From: Chara braunii
Taxonomy: Eukaryota; Plantae; Charophyceae
DNA length: 64,000 nucleotides
Direction: 5' to 3'
Assembly (NCBI GenBank): GCA_003427395.1
Contig: BFEA01000021.1
Span: forward strand, 2,244,897 to 2,308,896
The number at the start of each line of letters is the position of its first letter. Positions within the stretch are counted from its first letter, which is position 1. The position numbers and the translations under genes were made by a program. Positions 60,594 through 64,000 of this stretch are shown piece after piece. The notes below the pieces were generated by a model, which was given only the letters and a program-made list of their open reading frames with translations, searched no databases and had not been told where the DNA came from.

Positions 60594-62068
60594 TAAGATT
60601 CAAAAAAACATAACCACCACTATCCAACTCAAACCCTCACTGCAGGCAAGAAGTCGCCGCTCAGGTTTTGTTCATTCTAGTTTCAAATTGGGCCGAAGTG
60701 TCTGCGCCCAGGCCCGTTCAGATAGTGGCCTGGGCCCGCAGCAGTTAGGTGTGCGTCCAACCACCCAACGCCCAGTGAGGTGTTCCCTGCTTCCTGATAG
60801 GCCGAGAGGCGTGCTTCCACGTCAAGAAGAGAAGAGCCAAGAAGGCTCACTGAAGATTCTGACGCTCGCAAGCAGGTAACCAACTAGCGCATGGTAACTG
60901 TCTCGCGGCCCCTTACCATGCCTTACAGGCATGCCGAGGACTCAGATCCTTGCACCTCCCTCATCTTTTAGTGTTGTGCATCCGGGTTGGTTCGGTCTGG
61001 ACTAAATGTTGCTGCTAAAGGTAGGAGTTTATCTCTTTTTTCTTTTCTTTTCTTTTTTTTAAGTCAAAAACTCTGTGGGTTCAACTATGTACTAGGAGTT
61101 TATCTCAAGAACTGCAGTATGTCAAAATAGAGAGCTGGGTGGAATCAGTTGTTGAGAGGGGTCTGCTAGCATGACAAGGATAGTGCAGGCGGCCGGCCAT
61201 GGGCTGAAGAGGCAGGAGCCCTCTCACAAGTTTCATCCATTCTTTTTTTTTCCTTTTTTTTTCCTTTTATTTTATTTACAAAAACCCTTTTTGTAAGCCA
61301 CTATCCCGACAGTGGTAAGGGAACCATCGGAATTGAGGTCTTGACTGTTGGGCTGCTCCATCTATTGGTGGGGAGCGACACCTGCTGGAAACCGGGTCCA
61401 GCGTCCCTTTAATACAACAATGCAGGTCAATGCTGAGGCTATAGTCATTGTTCTATTCTACTCTGAAGTTCCATCAATTCCATACATTCATGTGCTACAA
61501 GTTTTCTGTAAGGGACGCTGGACCCATTTTCCAGCAGGTGATGCTCCCCACCAATAGATTGGAGCCTGCCACGGGGTTTCTCAAGGTGTCTGCTCATAAC
61601 AACACCTCCTGCAGACCTGTGGTCTGTTCAGAACAAGTAAAAAAAAAAGCTAAAAAGGAAAAAAGGTAATGTCAAGCACCTGGAAAAAAAAAAAAAAAAA
61701 AAACCCACCTATCTCTGATAGAACTGGATAAAGCAAAGCCCTCCGGATATTAGGGTGTGCTACTTAGCAAAAACCTGAGTAGAGAAAAAAAAAAAAGGAG
61801 TAAAATTCAATAAATCAATCTGGATCTTGTTGGCAGCCAGGAGGCTGCGCTTGTGTGGATTCCATTTTCATCGTTTCATGTTCTTTCTATTTTCGGTAAG
61901 GTCGTCCAGTACAGCTTCGCTAGGACGGGTTCCTTTGGGGTCTCCGATAGCAGAAAATAGGGTCCGGTTGCAGTCCTCTCTAAGATCGGTCGTAGGGCAG
62001 ATCATCTCGTCAAGGTCGTTGCAACTTAGTATACGGCGTCGTCCATTGTTTCCCTTTTGAGGGATAAA

Positions 62069-62515
62069 GGGGCTCGTTCGACACTCCTTGGGGCGTCCTC
62101 GGGGCCGAAGGAAGTTTCCTTGGGGGTTTTCAAGGAAATTCCTGCCATCGTTCCACCTGTCCTCGGGGACGTCGCCCGAGGATATTTCCTTCGAACGATG
62201 TCGGACAAGAAAAAAAAAAAAAAAAAAAAAAATCAAATATGTGTTGAGGCCTTCAGCCAATAGGGTGCCGCCACGATCCAGATTCTCAGTTGTAACGTCT
62301 CTCTACCCATGTGCCCGCTCCTCTCCGTGAAACGCGGATTCCTTTTGCCCAAGGTCCCTTGGGCAAAAGGAAGAAATGGTCGGGGAATCCTCGGAGCACA
62401 AGGAATTTCCTTCGGGGTGTTTTCACTTTTTTTTTGCCGACTGCATCCCCGAGGATAGGTGGAACGAACAATTCCTCGGGGACTTTACGCGCCTGAGGAG
62501 TGTCGAACGAGCCCC
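62069..62515. mobile_element. Harbinger-like MITE related to 57915-58464
   Basis: TIR GGGGCTCGTTCGACACTCCT, flanks AAA/ATA. Confidence 0.8.
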
Positions 62516-62960
62516 ATAGTTTTTTTCCGTTGAAAACTGGGGGCGGGCGATATGGGTTTGGGCTGGCGATTTGGGTCTGTTTTTTCCTTTTTTTTTTTCT
62601 CTTCTACTGCATCTCCCAGAAATACAGTATCTAACGAAAGAAATCTAGAACGGACTGCCCTGCCTCTTTTGCAAGGCTTACTAAGAAAAGAAAAGAAAAA
62701 AAAAAAACGTACTTACCTTTGCCACGAGAGCTGTGGAGATGGAGGGCCTTGCTCCACTCTGACCAAATGTGCAAAATGAGCATGAATCTTCTTGTAGAAC
62801 ATAGGTAGATACACTGCTAGTAGTTTAGAGCTTGAAATGCCATTTTTCCTGGCTGTGTGTGGGGTGGTACAACCCTCAGTATCTTTCTATTCGTTTTTCA
62901 GTTTTTTTTTTTTTTTTTTTTTTTCCCCCTCTTGCGATCCAAGAATTTCGGCTTCGTCCA

Positions 62961-63032
62961 GCGGCCTAGCTCAGTTGGTTAGGCACACAAGTGGCATTCA
63001 AGAGGTTGTGGGTTCAATCCCCGGCTATGGCA
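62961..63032 (+). mobile_element. tRNA-like SINE head or pseudo-tRNA
   Basis: A box TAGCTCAGTTGG and B box GGTTCAATCCC, but no proper cloverleaf. Confidence 0.55.
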
Positions 63033-63431
63033 CTCTTGATGCCAACCACCTGAGATAGTCAACTGACTTTTCCCAGTCTGTATCAGTAAGGTCTTCAGCC
63101 AACATGGGTGTGAGTGTGAGTGGGTTGCGTGTGGTGTGTGAGACAGTGTTGGCTGTAGACACAACCATCCAGAAGGCTGCCCATCCCCAACTTCATAAGA
63201 CCTTTGCCAAACTTACTGTCTAGAACATAAATCATGCTACCCGAATGGCTGCGTCCCCTCGTCAAACGCGGTATAACAGTGATCAAGTGGGTTAACCTAT
63301 GGGGGCCCTGGACGTGCGAAAGGCCGCCGGTTGTTGTCACCTTCGCCCCGCGATCTCGTGCCTTCGGCGGGAAGACGTCCGACAGGATCGATGGCTCATC
63401 AGCTTTCCCTCCGAAATTTCATCCCCCGACG

Positions 63432-64000
63432 ATGGCGAACAGGAGCCGGACACGTGTCGGATGTGCGAGCCGACTGTCCCGCGAAGGTGGCCCATTGGGT
63501 GTGAGGTCTCAACTTGTTCTCCCCGCTTCTCGCTGTTGGCGGCCATCAACGCCACGTTGCCAAACAGACGGGAAAGGCGTTGGAATTGGGGGTATCTCAC
63601 GCCACGTGCGCTTGCCATGTGTTCGAACAGAAGAGCGCAGATGCGTTCCTTCAACGACTATCTGGCAAACAATCGAGATAGTCAATGGACTCGTCGCTAT
63701 CTCCCGGCAGGTGCGCCTGCGACGCGGACGAACGAGCGAGCGCAGACGCCTCAGCGCGCGAGCTCTCGAGAAAGAGAACGGAGATGATGACAACGACTAC
63801 TCGGCGCGCACCGCTGCCACCGTCGTTGTGGATGATGTGGACCTCGCCGTCGAGGGGATCGATAACGGCGGCGATGGCGACGCTTCGGATAGGACGGGTG
63901 CTAAACGGGTGTCGATCCAATTAGCTGACGTGGTCAACCAACTGGATGATCTGCTGAGCAGAGGCAACGAAAAGGAGGCGCTGCAGCTCCTAAGGGACGC
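63432..64000 (+). CDS. First exon of a probable plastid-targeted protein, open to the window end (alternative ATG at 63234)
   Basis: The frame is open from 63234 to >64000 and was missed by the ORF track. acgATGGCG start, R/S-rich N-terminus, ending VVNQLDDLLSRGNEKEALQLLRD, which recalls the ..VDKELSKG.E..AL.LVKDL motif of the plant At5g27290-like (VIR3/M41-related) family. Confidence 0.6.
   Translation, partial: MANRSRTRVGCASRLSREGGPLGVRSQLVLPASRCWRPSTPRCQTDGKGVGIGGISRHVRLPCVRTEERRCVPSTTIWQTIEIVNGLVAISRQVRLRRGRTSERRRLSARALEKENGDDDNDYSARTAATVVVDDVDLAVEGIDNGGDGDASDRTGAKRVSIQLADVVNQLDDLLSRGNEKEALQLLRD

Overview
Eukaryotic, very repeat-rich nuclear DNA from a green-lineage organism. The style resembles a charophyte such as Chara, which is inference only. 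There are 5 N-gaps and one Nextera adapter artefact. Two host genes are visible: (i) a minus-strand, probably plastid-targeted CBS-pair protein with exons 13026-13487, 1879-2061 and 473-542, continuing off the left edge, with an ~11 kb first intron; (ii) the first exon of a plus-strand, probably plastid-targeted protein running off the right edge. The rest is mobile or derived DNA: decayed L1-clade LINEs, a decayed Penelope-like RT element, MITEs (Harbinger-, hAT-, Tc1/pogo-like), a tRNA-derived SINE, two U6 pseudogenes and two NUMTs. Four less ordinary signals stand out. (1) A ~9.2 kb apparently non-coding insertion (17703-26919) has an AATAAA signal, an A-tail and a 17-18 bp TSD. It carries collinear, highly diverged 5.8S/28S rRNA-like segments, two repeat arrays and a ~0.85 kb covarying structured block, and a diverged paralogue with the same module order lies next to it (~28770-35280). 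(2) A family of type III hammerhead ribozymes is present, with one apparently intact copy sense-oriented in the CBS intron, near a cysteine-protease plus tandem-RING cargo ORF. (3) A covariation-supported tandem-pseudoknot motif is shared by ~10 LINE 3' ends. (4) There is a tandem array of tRNA-like SINE heads. All homology calls were made by eye from memory of reference sequences, without database searches.
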